Positions 28,785-38,642 of a stretch of 57,109 bases of DNA are shown here, piece after piece (position 1 is the first letter of the stretch; every line of letters begins with the position of its first letter). The translations under genes and the position numbers were made by a program. The stretch covers positions 1 to 57,109 of the IMG/VR virus record IMGVR_UViG_3300050343_000003; one strand, given 5' to 3'. Under the pieces are notes generated by a model. That model had not been told where the DNA came from. It ran no database searches and saw only the letters and a program-made list of their open reading frames with translations. This stretch comes from a virus. Lineage: Duplodnaviria; Caudoviricetes.

Positions 28785-29216
28785 TTGGGCTTCTGGCAGT
28801 TACCTCTGCCACCCAAAGGACACAACAAAGAATGGCACGTAATAGCTAGGACTACTGTAAAGGTTCCGTTTGGCTATGAAGTAGATCCAAATAACGATAG
28901 ACTGCTTGTTCCCATAGAACATGAGTTAGATGCATTAGAGCTTGCAAAGCAACACCTAAAGCAGTATAGTTACAGAGCAGTAGCTCAGTGGTTGAGCAAA
29001 GAAGCAGACCGATACATATCACACATGGGTCTAAAGAAGAGAATAGAAGTTGAGCAAAGACGTAGAAAAGCATCTGCAATTAAACGTAAGCTTGCCAAGT
29101 GGCTCCAAGAGACGCTCTCGCAAATCGAGAAGCTCGAAACACAAGGAGTCGGAGCATACTCAGAAGCCTGTGGAAGTCGAAGCCCCCCAGATTCCAGCAC
29201 AGGTAGTAGCACCTGA
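28785..29216 (+). CDS. Hypothetical DNA-binding protein
   Basis: VPFGY...SYRAVAQWLS...ISHMGLKKR, recombinase-HTH-like. Confidence 0.55.
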   Translation: MGFWQLPLPPKGHNKEWHVIARTTVKVPFGYEVDPNNDRLLVPIEHELDALELAKQHLKQYSYRAVAQWLSKEADRYISHMGLKKRIEVEQRRRKASAIKRKLAKWLQETLSQIEKLETQGVGAYSEACGSRSPPDSSTGSST

Positions 29217-30630
29217 GTATGACGTAGATGAAGCACAGGAAGTTGTCTTTAAACCTAACGAAGGTCCACAAACATCTTTCTTGAGTTCGTCTGAGAGAGA
29301 AGTACTATACGGAGGGGCAGCAGGTGGTGGTAAATCATATGCTATGTTAGCAGACCCATTACACGGCCTTAACGATCCACACTTCTCTGGACTCCTTGTA
29401 CGACACACAACTGAAGAACTAAGGGAACTAATACAGAAGTCACAGGAGTTATACCCACGTGCCATACCAGGAATCAAATGGTCAGAGCGTAAGTCACAGT
29501 GGATATCACCTAGAGGTGGAAGACTATGGATGTCATATCTGGACAAAGATACCGATGTCACACGCTACCAAGGACAGGCTTTTAACTGGATTGGATTTGA
29601 CGAACTTACTCAATGGCCTACACCTTACGCTTGGGATTATATGAGATCACGTCTTCGTAGCGCACACGGTAGAGAACTAGGTTTGTACATGAGAGCTACA
29701 ACAAACCCAGGTGGTGCTGGACATGCTTGGGTAAAGAAGATGTTTATAGATCCTGCACCTGCAGGTAAAGACTTTTGGGCTACAGACATTGAAACAAGTA
29801 AAACAATTACATTCCCTAAAGGACACAGCAAGGAAGGTCAGCCTCTATTCAAGCGTAGGTTTATACCTGCATCTCTCTTCGATAACCCATACCTCGCTGA
29901 AGAGGGTGACTATGAGGCCATGCTCTTATCACTACCAGAGCATCAGAGGAAGCAACTCCTTGAAGGAAACTGGGATGTCAACGAAGGGGCAGCATTTCCC
30001 GAATTTGACAGAACTGCCCACGTTATCGAACACTTTGAAATCCCTAACAGTTGGGTACGCTTTAGGGCTTGCGACTACGGTTATGGTTCCCACACTGGTG
30101 TTCTTTGGTTCACTGTTGCTCCTGATGAGCAGCTTATAGTATATAGGGAAATGTATGTATCTAAAGTAACAGCTACAGACTTAGCTGATATGATACTAGA
30201 GGCAGAAGCTCAAGACGGTGGTATGAGATACGGTGTGCTTGATAGTTCTTTATGGCACAACCGAGGCGATACTGGGCCATCACTAGCTGAACAGATGAAT
30301 ATGAAGGGTTGCCGTTGGCGTCCTTCTGATCGTTCAAGAGGGTCACGTATCGCAGGAAAAAACGAGATACATAGGCGTTTGAAGGTAGATGACTTTATAG
30401 AAAAGCCTATGTTAGTATTTATGAATAACTGTGTAAACACCATAGCACAGATACCAAGCATCCCACTGGACAAAAAGAATCCAGAAGATGTTGACACCAA
30501 AGCAGAAGATCACTTGTATGATGCTCTTCGTTATGGTATAATGACTAGACCACGCAGTAGTATATGGGATTACAACCCAGCCAAACAACGATCTGGTTTC
30601 CAAGCCAGTGACTCAACATTCGGGTATTAA
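29050..30630 (+). CDS. terL: Terminase large subunit
   Basis: GGAAGGGKS Walker A, FDELT Walker B, TNPGG, DYGY...DHLYDALRY nuclease motifs. Confidence 0.95.
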   Translation: MSKDVEKHLQLNVSLPSGSKRRSRKSRSSKHKESEHTQKPVEVEAPQIPAQVVAPEYDVDEAQEVVFKPNEGPQTSFLSSSEREVLYGGAAGGGKSYAMLADPLHGLNDPHFSGLLVRHTTEELRELIQKSQELYPRAIPGIKWSERKSQWISPRGGRLWMSYLDKDTDVTRYQGQAFNWIGFDELTQWPTPYAWDYMRSRLRSAHGRELGLYMRATTNPGGAGHAWVKKMFIDPAPAGKDFWATDIETSKTITFPKGHSKEGQPLFKRRFIPASLFDNPYLAEEGDYEAMLLSLPEHQRKQLLEGNWDVNEGAAFPEFDRTAHVIEHFEIPNSWVRFRACDYGYGSHTGVLWFTVAPDEQLIVYREMYVSKVTATDLADMILEAEAQDGGMRYGVLDSSLWHNRGDTGPSLAEQMNMKGCRWRPSDRSRGSRIAGKNEIHRRLKVDDFIEKPMLVFMNNCVNTIAQIPSIPLDKKNPEDVDTKAEDHLYDALRYGIMTRPRSSIWDYNPAKQRSGFQASDSTFGY

Positions 30631-30632
30631 AT

Positions 30633-32744
30633 ATGGCAGAAGAAATGTTTGAAACAGATGATGTCGTTGCAGCAGAAGATGCAGACGATAAAATCTTTAA
30701 AGAAAAAGATAGTGTAATTGGCTTTATAAAAGAACGGTACAAAAGGTCTGAAGACTCTAGATATGCTGATGAGCAAAGATGGCTTAGAGCATACAGAAAC
30801 TACAGAGGCTTGTATGGTAGTGATGTACAATTTACTGACGCAGAGAAGTCTCGTATCTTTGTAAAGGTTACTAAAACAAAAACACTAGCAGCATATGGAC
30901 AGATAGTAGATGTACTATTTGGTAACAATAAGTTTCCTCTATCTGTAAATCCTACAGTACTACCTGATGGTGTTGCTGAGTCTGTACATATAAACATAGA
31001 CCCTAGAGTAGAAGCAGGACAGGCTGCTATTAGTGCAGCTATGGGATCACCAGCGCCAAAGCCCTATCTAATAGATGGCGATACAGAATTAAAACCTGGT
31101 GAAACACTTATGGATCTACAGGCTAGGCTAGGTGGCATGGAAGAGAAACTAGCACCTGTGTCTGAGAAGATTATAGAGGGTGATGGTACTACAGCCACGA
31201 CAGTTACATTTCATCCTTCTATGGTTGCAGCTAAGAAGATGGAGAAGAAGATCCATGATCAGCTACAGGAAAGCGGAGCTACTACACACCTAAGAAGTAT
31301 GGCATTTGAAATGGCACTACTTGGTACAGGTGTTATGAAAGGTGCGTTTGCTGTAGATAAAGAATACCCTAACTGGAATGAAGATGGCGAGTATGAACCT
31401 ATAGTAAAAACTGTTCCAGAATGTGACCACGTTTCTATATGGGATTTCTATCCTGACCCTGAAGCCAAAGACATGGATGAGGCAGAGTATGTTGTACAAA
31501 GACATAAGATGTCACGAACACAACTACGCAAACTAAAGACACGTCCTTTCTTTATGAATGACGGTGTCCAGCTTGCTATAGACAAAGGCCCAGACTACGT
31601 GCAGAAGTACTGGGAAATGACTATGGAAGACGATGACACCCAGCCAACATCAGAACGTTGGGAAGTATTAGAGTTCTGGGGTTTTGTTGATACTAAGTTA
31701 TTAGAAGAACATGGTGTAGATATACCTAGTGAGCTTAGTGACCTAGATGAAGTCAACTGTAACGTATGGGTATGTAACGATGAAGTACTACGATTTGTAC
31801 TAAACCCATTCAAGCCTACACGTATACCCTACTACGCTGTGCCATACGAGCATAACCCATACTCCTTCTTTGGCGTTGGTATTGCTGAGAACATGGATGA
31901 TACACAGACATTGATGAATGGCTTTATGAGAATGGCTATTGACAATGCTGCAATGTCTGGTAATCTAATCATAGAAGTAGATGAGACTAACTTAGTTCCC
32001 GGCCAAGACCTATCTGTATATCCTGGAAAGATATTCAGGAGACAGGGTGGCGCTCCAGGACAAGCTATATTTGGTACAAAGTTTCCAAACGTGGCACAAG
32101 AAAACATGCAACTATTTGATAAAGCGAGGGTACTAGCAGATGAGTCTACTGGATTCCCATCTTTTGCACATGGTCAAACAGGAGTTCAAGGAGTTGGGCG
32201 TACTGCTTCTGGAATCTCTATGCTTATGTCTGCTGCTAACGGTAGTATCCGTACCGTTGTTAAGAATGTTGATGACTATTTAATTAGACCATTAGGCAAA
32301 GCATTCTTTGCATTCAACATGCAGTTTGACTTTGATGAGAATATAAAGGGTGACTTAGAAGTACATGCGTCAGGTACAGAAAGCTTGATGGCTAACGAAG
32401 TACGTAGTCAACGTTTGATGCAGTTCTTACAAGTAGCACAGAATCCAGTACTTGCACCATTTGCTAAGATGGATTATATTATACGTGAGATTGCTAAGAG
32501 CATGGACTTAGATCCTGACAAGGTGACTAACTCTATTGCTGATGCAGCTATACAAGCTGAAATCTTAAAAGGTTTTCAAGCACCAGCGCCAACACCAGAG
32601 CAAGGCGTAGCTGGTCCTGAAGGTCAAGGCCCACAAAGTGTAGCTGATACTACTGGTGGTGGAGGATCACAAATAGGTATGGGTACAGCACCACTACCAG
32701 ATGAGCAAGGATTTACAGGTAATGCACCTCAAGCAGTTGGTTAA
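30633..32744 (+). CDS. Portal protein
   Basis: 703 aa after TerL; GTGVMK, WDFYPDP, FFGVGIAE, RTASGISML. Confidence 0.88.
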   Translation: MAEEMFETDDVVAAEDADDKIFKEKDSVIGFIKERYKRSEDSRYADEQRWLRAYRNYRGLYGSDVQFTDAEKSRIFVKVTKTKTLAAYGQIVDVLFGNNKFPLSVNPTVLPDGVAESVHINIDPRVEAGQAAISAAMGSPAPKPYLIDGDTELKPGETLMDLQARLGGMEEKLAPVSEKIIEGDGTTATTVTFHPSMVAAKKMEKKIHDQLQESGATTHLRSMAFEMALLGTGVMKGAFAVDKEYPNWNEDGEYEPIVKTVPECDHVSIWDFYPDPEAKDMDEAEYVVQRHKMSRTQLRKLKTRPFFMNDGVQLAIDKGPDYVQKYWEMTMEDDDTQPTSERWEVLEFWGFVDTKLLEEHGVDIPSELSDLDEVNCNVWVCNDEVLRFVLNPFKPTRIPYYAVPYEHNPYSFFGVGIAENMDDTQTLMNGFMRMAIDNAAMSGNLIIEVDETNLVPGQDLSVYPGKIFRRQGGAPGQAIFGTKFPNVAQENMQLFDKARVLADESTGFPSFAHGQTGVQGVGRTASGISMLMSAANGSIRTVVKNVDDYLIRPLGKAFFAFNMQFDFDENIKGDLEVHASGTESLMANEVRSQRLMQFLQVAQNPVLAPFAKMDYIIREIAKSMDLDPDKVTNSIADAAIQAEILKGFQAPAPTPEQGVAGPEGQGPQSVADTTGGGGSQIGMGTAPLPDEQGFTGNAPQAVG

Positions 32745-32913
32745 TGATAAAGAATGCTACGAGCAGTTTCAACAGCATATAGATGAACTAATTAAAACTA
32801 GACAACGTGCGCTAGAGACAGCTAATGAACCTCATGTTATGCATAGACAGCAGGGTGCAATAGACGTACTAAGAAAACTAAAGTTACTGAGGGAGACAGT
32901 AAACAGTGTCTGA
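32722..32913 (+). CDS. Small helical protein after portal
   Basis: HRQQGAI..LRKL; position typical. Confidence 0.65.
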   Translation: MHLKQLVNDKECYEQFQQHIDELIKTRQRALETANEPHVMHRQQGAIDVLRKLKLLRETVNSV

Positions 32914-35900
32914 TAAAGTAGGCAAAAAAACAGGAAAGAAAACCCAAGCAGGTAAGGATGTTTACAAAACACCAGAGGGTAAAAACGTTTCTGAGATTTC
33001 TAGAACTTTTAAGTATAAAGGTAAGTGGATAAATGTGCCTAGTATACATAAAGGACGTGAGTATGATCAGGCTACTTTAAAGTTAATGTTAGAAGCTGAG
33101 ATAATTAAACCCACAAGTATACATGATAATAGAACAAAAGCAGAGGCTGCGGCAAGAGATCGTAGTGACAGATTAAAGTTTGATGAAGGTGGTATGGCAA
33201 CTGAAGAAGACCGCCTTAACTTTGTAAGATCTTACGGTGTAGAACCTGTAACAGACATAAACACTGACCTTACATTCAAAGATGCTGCTAAGACTATAGC
33301 TGAGATGACTCCTATAATAGGAGATGCTATGGCAGCAAAAGAGATCTATGACGAGCTTCAGAAAGAAGATCCTGACTACCGCTTTGTTGCTGTACTAGGT
33401 GGCGCTGCTCTAGTAGGTGCAGTTCCGGGTATCGGAGATGTTGCTGCTAAAGGTATACGTAACGCAGCAGATATGATAAAACGTATAGAGGTTGACCCTG
33501 ATGCTTTAGGTTCACTAGGTGGTAACATTAGGTTAAAGCCTAAAGTAAAAGAAGACGTACCAACTGTAGAAGCTGCAGGTCTTACAGATGAAGCTATTGA
33601 AAAGTGGCGTAAAAAGAATGCTACATCAGAAGAGTTCCGTAAAAAGTTAAAAGGCCGTAATGAAGAACTACAAGAGTTAGCTTCAGGAGTAGAAGAAGGT
33701 AGAGTATTTACTAGTACCTATAGAGATCGTGCAGATGAACTTAGACCTATACGTGTAGTAGAAGAAGTACCAAAGCCAGCTACATTTGTAGAAGCAGTAA
33801 GTGCTTTGAATGCAGGTAAAAGAAAACTACCAATGGTAGGACTTAACAAGTCTATTCCTGATGGTGATATGATAGATGCTAGACTAGACATTGATGCTTA
33901 TACAGATTATGATGTTTGGATTCCTACTCTAAAACACTCAGGAAAAACAATGTATAAACCTGCTGTTGTATTAGAAGATGTAAAGTTTATACAGCCAGAT
34001 GGTCCACAACCTAGAAAGGCTTTAGGTGTTGCAAAAGGAAAAGGTAAAGCACCTTTTGCTGTTATGACAGGTAAGTATGTTGAAGCTACAGACGATGAAG
34101 CATACAAGCTTGCACAGGATGTTTTTGACAATCCTGAATTTACACAGGTAGGTTATGACCCTACACGTAGGGGCTTCTTCTATGATAGAGAAACAGGAGA
34201 AGCAATAGTAGCAGCAGATACAGTAGTTCAAGTAGGACACTTAGTATTAGCACGTAATGCAAAAAAGATGGATGCAGAAGCATTCCCATTTAGTGAGGGC
34301 GGTATGGCTTTAGAAGAACAGATGAACATGAACTTTGGTGATGTACCTGATAATACAATAGGTATAGATCCTGTGTCAGGTAATGAAATACCAATGGGTT
34401 CTACAGCAGAGAATGTACGAGATGATATACCAGCTAACCTTAGTGAAGGTGAGATTGTTGTAGCTGCTGACGTAGTAAACTTTCATGGTGTAAAACTATT
34501 TGAAGACCTACGTGCTGAAGCTAAGATGGGCTATCAAGATATGGCACAAGACGGACGCATGGGTGGTGAACCTATGGATGATGACATGGGCATGGACATA
34601 GAACTTTCTGAGTTAGACTTAGAAGTAATGGATGATGAAGCACCTGTACAAATGAACAGGGGTGGTACATCTATGGCTGACTACAAAGATGTAGGAAAGA
34701 ATAGAAATATAAAAGCTCCTAAACGTACTGCTCCACGAAAAACACACGCAGAAATAATGGCTCAAGCTTTTGGTTCTAATACTGATTCACGTAAAGACAA
34801 CTCTCCTGTAGCTATATCTAAAAGAGTTCAAGCCAGAAAGAATGAACCAAAGAATAGATTTGAAGCTATACGAAATAGACTAAGAGATGTATTTAAAGAT
34901 GATGATGACAATCAATCTAGGTTTGACTTTGGATTTAGCGGTAACCCTATGGAACGTGCAGCACGTAAGTATGGGTCACCAGCATCAGCAACAAAGAATG
35001 AATCACTAAGAGCAGGTCAAGTAGCAGGTACATATACAGGAGGCCAAGAGCCTGTAAATAACTCAGTACGTTACTATGAACAACCATTCTACAAAAGACT
35101 TATGGAAGGTTTAGGCTTTGATGAAGGTGGACTTGTACCAGACGAAGATACAAACCTCATAGGTGGTGAAGCCCAGTTCAATCAACCGTTCTATGCCCCT
35201 GATCAAAAGGGTGGCTTTGACATGGAGAACGCCTATGTAGACTATGGTGATAGTACAGGTGGTGGTCCTCTACTTGAGATGCGTGAGTACATGAACGATG
35301 AAGGTCACAGAATATTTATTACCTTTATAGATGGTGTAGCACAAATGGAAATACCTGCTGGTTACTATCCAGTGGGTGAAGGTGTAGCTGTAGCTCCTAC
35401 CCCTGCAATAGGCGGTAGCGGTGGTTCTGATTCTGGAGGAGGTATGGATATGCCAACACCAGATCCTATTAACTATAAAGAGCTAAGTCTTGAAGAATTA
35501 ACTGACATGGTAAATAGTCAAGGTGATTTGAAAGGTGATGTAATAGCAACAGGTTTGGGATTACTAAATCCTTTAATGGGCGCAGCAGTTAAGTTTGCAA
35601 TGTGGAATCAAACAAGACAAGTAAAGAGAGAGATAGAACGTAGATTAGCATCTAATGAAACTTCAAAGGTAGATATTCAGCGCTATCAAAACTTACTTGA
35701 GATTGCAGAAAGAGAAACACCTACGCTACTAGATAAGATACTAGGAAGAGACTTTGAAAAGACTGTAGGTCAAATACCTAAACCAGTAACACCTGATACA
35801 GATTTTGCTGATCCTACTATGGCTGGTGGACAACCTTACACGCCGGGAGCAGGAAGTGTTTACACACCAAATGATCAAACAGCAAGTCAAACTACAACTC

Positions 35901-36265
35901 CGGGAGTAGATGATGGGCTTAGTAATGAGCTTAAAACACAAGCTGATCAGATATCTGAAGAGGCTGCTAAAAATTCCTTTACTAAACAGCAAACTCAAAC
36001 AGAGAATATGCTACAGCAACAAAGAGATTCAAGTTCTGATAACCAACAAGAGGCAATAGATAGAGCGCGTGACATAGCCAACGTTTCTAAGGAAACTGGT
36101 TCCAGTATAGCACAAGTAGGTAGAGATATCGCCCCATCTACTGAGACTAAAAGTCCTGACTTTAATGATCCTAGAAGAGGCGGAGCGCCAAGCACAAGAC
36201 GTACCTATGGAGGCGGTGGAAAAAACAAAGGCGGCATGATGAAGAAGAAGAAAAAATCCAAATAA
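32906..36265 (+). CDS. Large modular head-region protein with xxxGG-delimited segments
   Basis: 1119 aa; FDEGG, FSEGG, MNRGG, FDEGG, KNKGG; DDIPANLSEGEIVV core; pre-toxin-TG-like segment. Confidence 0.75.
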   Translation: MSDKVGKKTGKKTQAGKDVYKTPEGKNVSEISRTFKYKGKWINVPSIHKGREYDQATLKLMLEAEIIKPTSIHDNRTKAEAAARDRSDRLKFDEGGMATEEDRLNFVRSYGVEPVTDINTDLTFKDAAKTIAEMTPIIGDAMAAKEIYDELQKEDPDYRFVAVLGGAALVGAVPGIGDVAAKGIRNAADMIKRIEVDPDALGSLGGNIRLKPKVKEDVPTVEAAGLTDEAIEKWRKKNATSEEFRKKLKGRNEELQELASGVEEGRVFTSTYRDRADELRPIRVVEEVPKPATFVEAVSALNAGKRKLPMVGLNKSIPDGDMIDARLDIDAYTDYDVWIPTLKHSGKTMYKPAVVLEDVKFIQPDGPQPRKALGVAKGKGKAPFAVMTGKYVEATDDEAYKLAQDVFDNPEFTQVGYDPTRRGFFYDRETGEAIVAADTVVQVGHLVLARNAKKMDAEAFPFSEGGMALEEQMNMNFGDVPDNTIGIDPVSGNEIPMGSTAENVRDDIPANLSEGEIVVAADVVNFHGVKLFEDLRAEAKMGYQDMAQDGRMGGEPMDDDMGMDIELSELDLEVMDDEAPVQMNRGGTSMADYKDVGKNRNIKAPKRTAPRKTHAEIMAQAFGSNTDSRKDNSPVAISKRVQARKNEPKNRFEAIRNRLRDVFKDDDDNQSRFDFGFSGNPMERAARKYGSPASATKNESLRAGQVAGTYTGGQEPVNNSVRYYEQPFYKRLMEGLGFDEGGLVPDEDTNLIGGEAQFNQPFYAPDQKGGFDMENAYVDYGDSTGGGPLLEMREYMNDEGHRIFITFIDGVAQMEIPAGYYPVGEGVAVAPTPAIGGSGGSDSGGGMDMPTPDPINYKELSLEELTDMVNSQGDLKGDVIATGLGLLNPLMGAAVKFAMWNQTRQVKREIERRLASNETSKVDIQRYQNLLEIAERETPTLLDKILGRDFEKTVGQIPKPVTPDTDFADPTMAGGQPYTPGAGSVYTPNDQTASQTTTPGVDDGLSNELKTQADQISEEAAKNSFTKQQTQTENMLQQQRDSSSDNQQEAIDRARDIANVSKETGSSIAQVGRDIAPSTETKSPDFNDPRRGGAPSTRRTYGGGGKNKGGMMKKKKKSK

Positions 36266-36277
36266 CTATAAGGCTAC

Positions 36278-36291
36278 TCAGCTACGGCTGA
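36278..36291 (+). promoter_or_regulatory. UNCG-tetraloop hairpin upstream of scaffold gene
   Basis: TCAGC-TACG-GCTGA, ~10 nt before the AAGGA RBS. Confidence 0.55.
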
Positions 36292-36313
36292 CCCCAACAT
36301 AAGGAAAAAACAA

Positions 36314-37282
36314 ATGGCAGAAATGCAACACGAAAAAGTAAACATAAAGAAAGTGCCTATGCAATCAGCATCGTATGCACGTAACGAAGAACGCATCAAA
36401 CAAGATGAAGCAGAATTAGCAGAGCTAATGAAGCAAGATAGAGAAGCTAAAGGCATAGTAGATGAGACAGAAGAAAAAACCTCTGAAGCTGAATCCAGTA
36501 GCGAAGAGCCTAAAGCTGAACCAGTACAGGCAGAAAGTGATACCAAACAAGAAGAGAAACCAGAAGCCAAAGCACAAGAAGATGATGAGCTAAGTGCTGA
36601 AGAGAAAAACTTCAAGAAACGTTATGGTGATTTACGCAGACATCAACAGGACAAAGAGAAAGAGTTTAATGCTAAGATAGAAGCATTAGAATCTCAACTA
36701 TCTAAGGCTGCTAATAAACAGCTTGTGTTACCTAAGACTGATGAAGAGCTAGAAGCTTGGACTAAAGAGTATCCTGATGTTGCATCTATTATAGAAACTA
36801 TAGCTGATAAGAAATCTAAAAGTGCAGCTAAAGATATAGAAGATCGTATGATTGAACTAGAAGAGATGCGACAAGATGCACATCGTGATAAAGCAGAAGC
36901 AGAACTTGTTAAGATACATCCTGACTTTATAGAGATACGTCAAGACGATACGTTTCATAATTGGGCAAAGGAACAACCTAAGTGGGTACAAGATGCTTTG
37001 TATGAAAACGTTGATGATGCAAAATCTGTAGCACGTGTAATAGACTTATACAAAATTGACAAAGGTATTACTAACAAGAAGAAAGCTAAACCTGATGAGA
37101 AAGCAGCAGCATCTTCTGTCAAGACAAAAAGTGCAGCAGCACCAGAACCAGATGAGTCAGCTAAGATGATTCGTGAGTCTGAGGTAGCTAACATGTCAAT
37201 CAAAGAATATGAGAAGAGGGCAGATGAAATCATGGATGCCCAACGTAACGGAAACTTTATTTATGATATGTCAAGAAAGTAG
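36314..37282 (+). CDS. Capsid scaffolding protein
   Basis: Acidic coiled coil, FKKRYGDLRRH, HPDF; directly before capsid gene. Confidence 0.8.
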   Translation: MAEMQHEKVNIKKVPMQSASYARNEERIKQDEAELAELMKQDREAKGIVDETEEKTSEAESSSEEPKAEPVQAESDTKQEEKPEAKAQEDDELSAEEKNFKKRYGDLRRHQQDKEKEFNAKIEALESQLSKAANKQLVLPKTDEELEAWTKEYPDVASIIETIADKKSKSAAKDIEDRMIELEEMRQDAHRDKAEAELVKIHPDFIEIRQDDTFHNWAKEQPKWVQDALYENVDDAKSVARVIDLYKIDKGITNKKKAKPDEKAAASSVKTKSAAAPEPDESAKMIRESEVANMSIKEYEKRADEIMDAQRNGNFIYDMSRK

Positions 37283-37311
37283 TTGACATTCTAAGTATCA
37301 TAGATAAAACT
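37283..37311 (+). promoter_or_regulatory. Promoter-like motif TTGACA-N16-TAAAACT upstream of capsid gene
   Basis: Same architecture as the three other copies. Confidence 0.7.
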
Positions 37312-37504
37312 ATAGCATATACACAACATTAGTGTGTATGCTTAACTCAAGCACTAGCCACACAAAAGAACTACCTCTAAGTACAGGCCCAACGCAGACA
37401 GGCAGCGCAGCCTAGAAGCAAAGTTGACTACCCTATTACAAAGAGCCTCTTCATGGTGGATATGTAGCATTACTTCAACGCCATATCTATAAGGAGATTT
37501 AACT

Positions 37505-38578
37505 ATGGCTATAGCACTCGCATCGAGTAAGAGTGGGTTTGACGGCAATTTCAGCCCGATTATCTATTCCAAACAAGCACAGATCGCTTTACGTAAAGCT
37601 TCTGTTGCAGCAGCAATTACCAACAGTAACTACTTTGGTGACATTGCAAATCAAGGGGATGTTGTACGCATTCAAAAAGAGCCTGACGTAACAGTTAACA
37701 CTCTTGAGCGTAAAACAGCAATCTCTGTAGAAGACCTAGATGATTCTGAGTTCTCACTCACCATTGATCAAGCTAACTACTTTGCTTTTAAAATGGATGA
37801 CATTGAAGACCAGTTTGCAAATGTTGATTTCGTAAGCCTAGCTGCAGATAGAGCAGCATATAAAATGGCTGACGCAATGGACGTAGACTTACTTCGTTAT
37901 ATGTCAGGTCATGCAGCAAATGGTACTTATGCAACTACTGTATCAGGTACAGCACAGCACCCAACAGCGGGCGAAATAAATGGTGAATTTTTAAAGGTTA
38001 ACCAATTAGACGCTACTGACTTTGGTGCATTAGGTTCAGCAGACGCTGCATCTACAGCATATGCTACTGGTGATTCTATTCCACTAGCAGTACGTTTACC
38101 TGGCGCTACAGCATTATCAACAGCTACTGTATCACCTTTGTCAGTTGTCGCACGTATGGCACGTCAAATGGATGTAGCAAACGTCGACTCACGTGGACGT
38201 TACTTAGTTGTTGACTCTATCTTCATGGAGATGATGAAAGATGAAGACTCACGTCTTTTGAATGCTGACTTCGGTGGATCAGGTCTACAGAACGGTCTAG
38301 TAATGAACAACTTACACGGCTTCAGAGTCCATGTATCTAACAACTTACCTTCAAAAGGTACAGGTGCAGGTACATCAGGCGCACTAGCACAAGACGCAAA
38401 CTTTGGTGTGATCTTAGCTGGACAAGAAGACGCAGTTGCCTCTGCAGAGCAGATCAACAAAGTTGAGAACTACAGAGATCCTGACTCATTTGCAGACATT
38501 GTACGTGGTATGCACCTTTACGGACGTAAGATTCTACGCCCACAAGGACTTGTCACAGCACATTACAACGCTGCATAA
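37505..38578 (+). CDS. Major capsid protein
   Basis: NFSPIIYSK...GDVVRI...FKMDDIE...RDPDSFADIVRGMHLYGRKILRP; strong RBS. Confidence 0.92.
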   Translation: MAIALASSKSGFDGNFSPIIYSKQAQIALRKASVAAAITNSNYFGDIANQGDVVRIQKEPDVTVNTLERKTAISVEDLDDSEFSLTIDQANYFAFKMDDIEDQFANVDFVSLAADRAAYKMADAMDVDLLRYMSGHAANGTYATTVSGTAQHPTAGEINGEFLKVNQLDATDFGALGSADAASTAYATGDSIPLAVRLPGATALSTATVSPLSVVARMARQMDVANVDSRGRYLVVDSIFMEMMKDEDSRLLNADFGGSGLQNGLVMNNLHGFRVHVSNNLPSKGTGAGTSGALAQDANFGVILAGQEDAVASAEQINKVENYRDPDSFADIVRGMHLYGRKILRPQGLVTAHYNAA

Positions 38579-38591
38579 TCAAGATAAACTT

Positions 38592-38615
38592 AGAGGCTGG
38601 CTTTTGCTGGCCTCT
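38592..38615 (+). terminator. Hairpin after capsid gene, probable leaky terminator
   Basis: AGAGGCTGGC-TTTT-GCTGGCCTCT, weak U-tract. Confidence 0.55.
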
Positions 38616-38642
38616 TCGTGCATTTAACAAAAGGACATTCTC

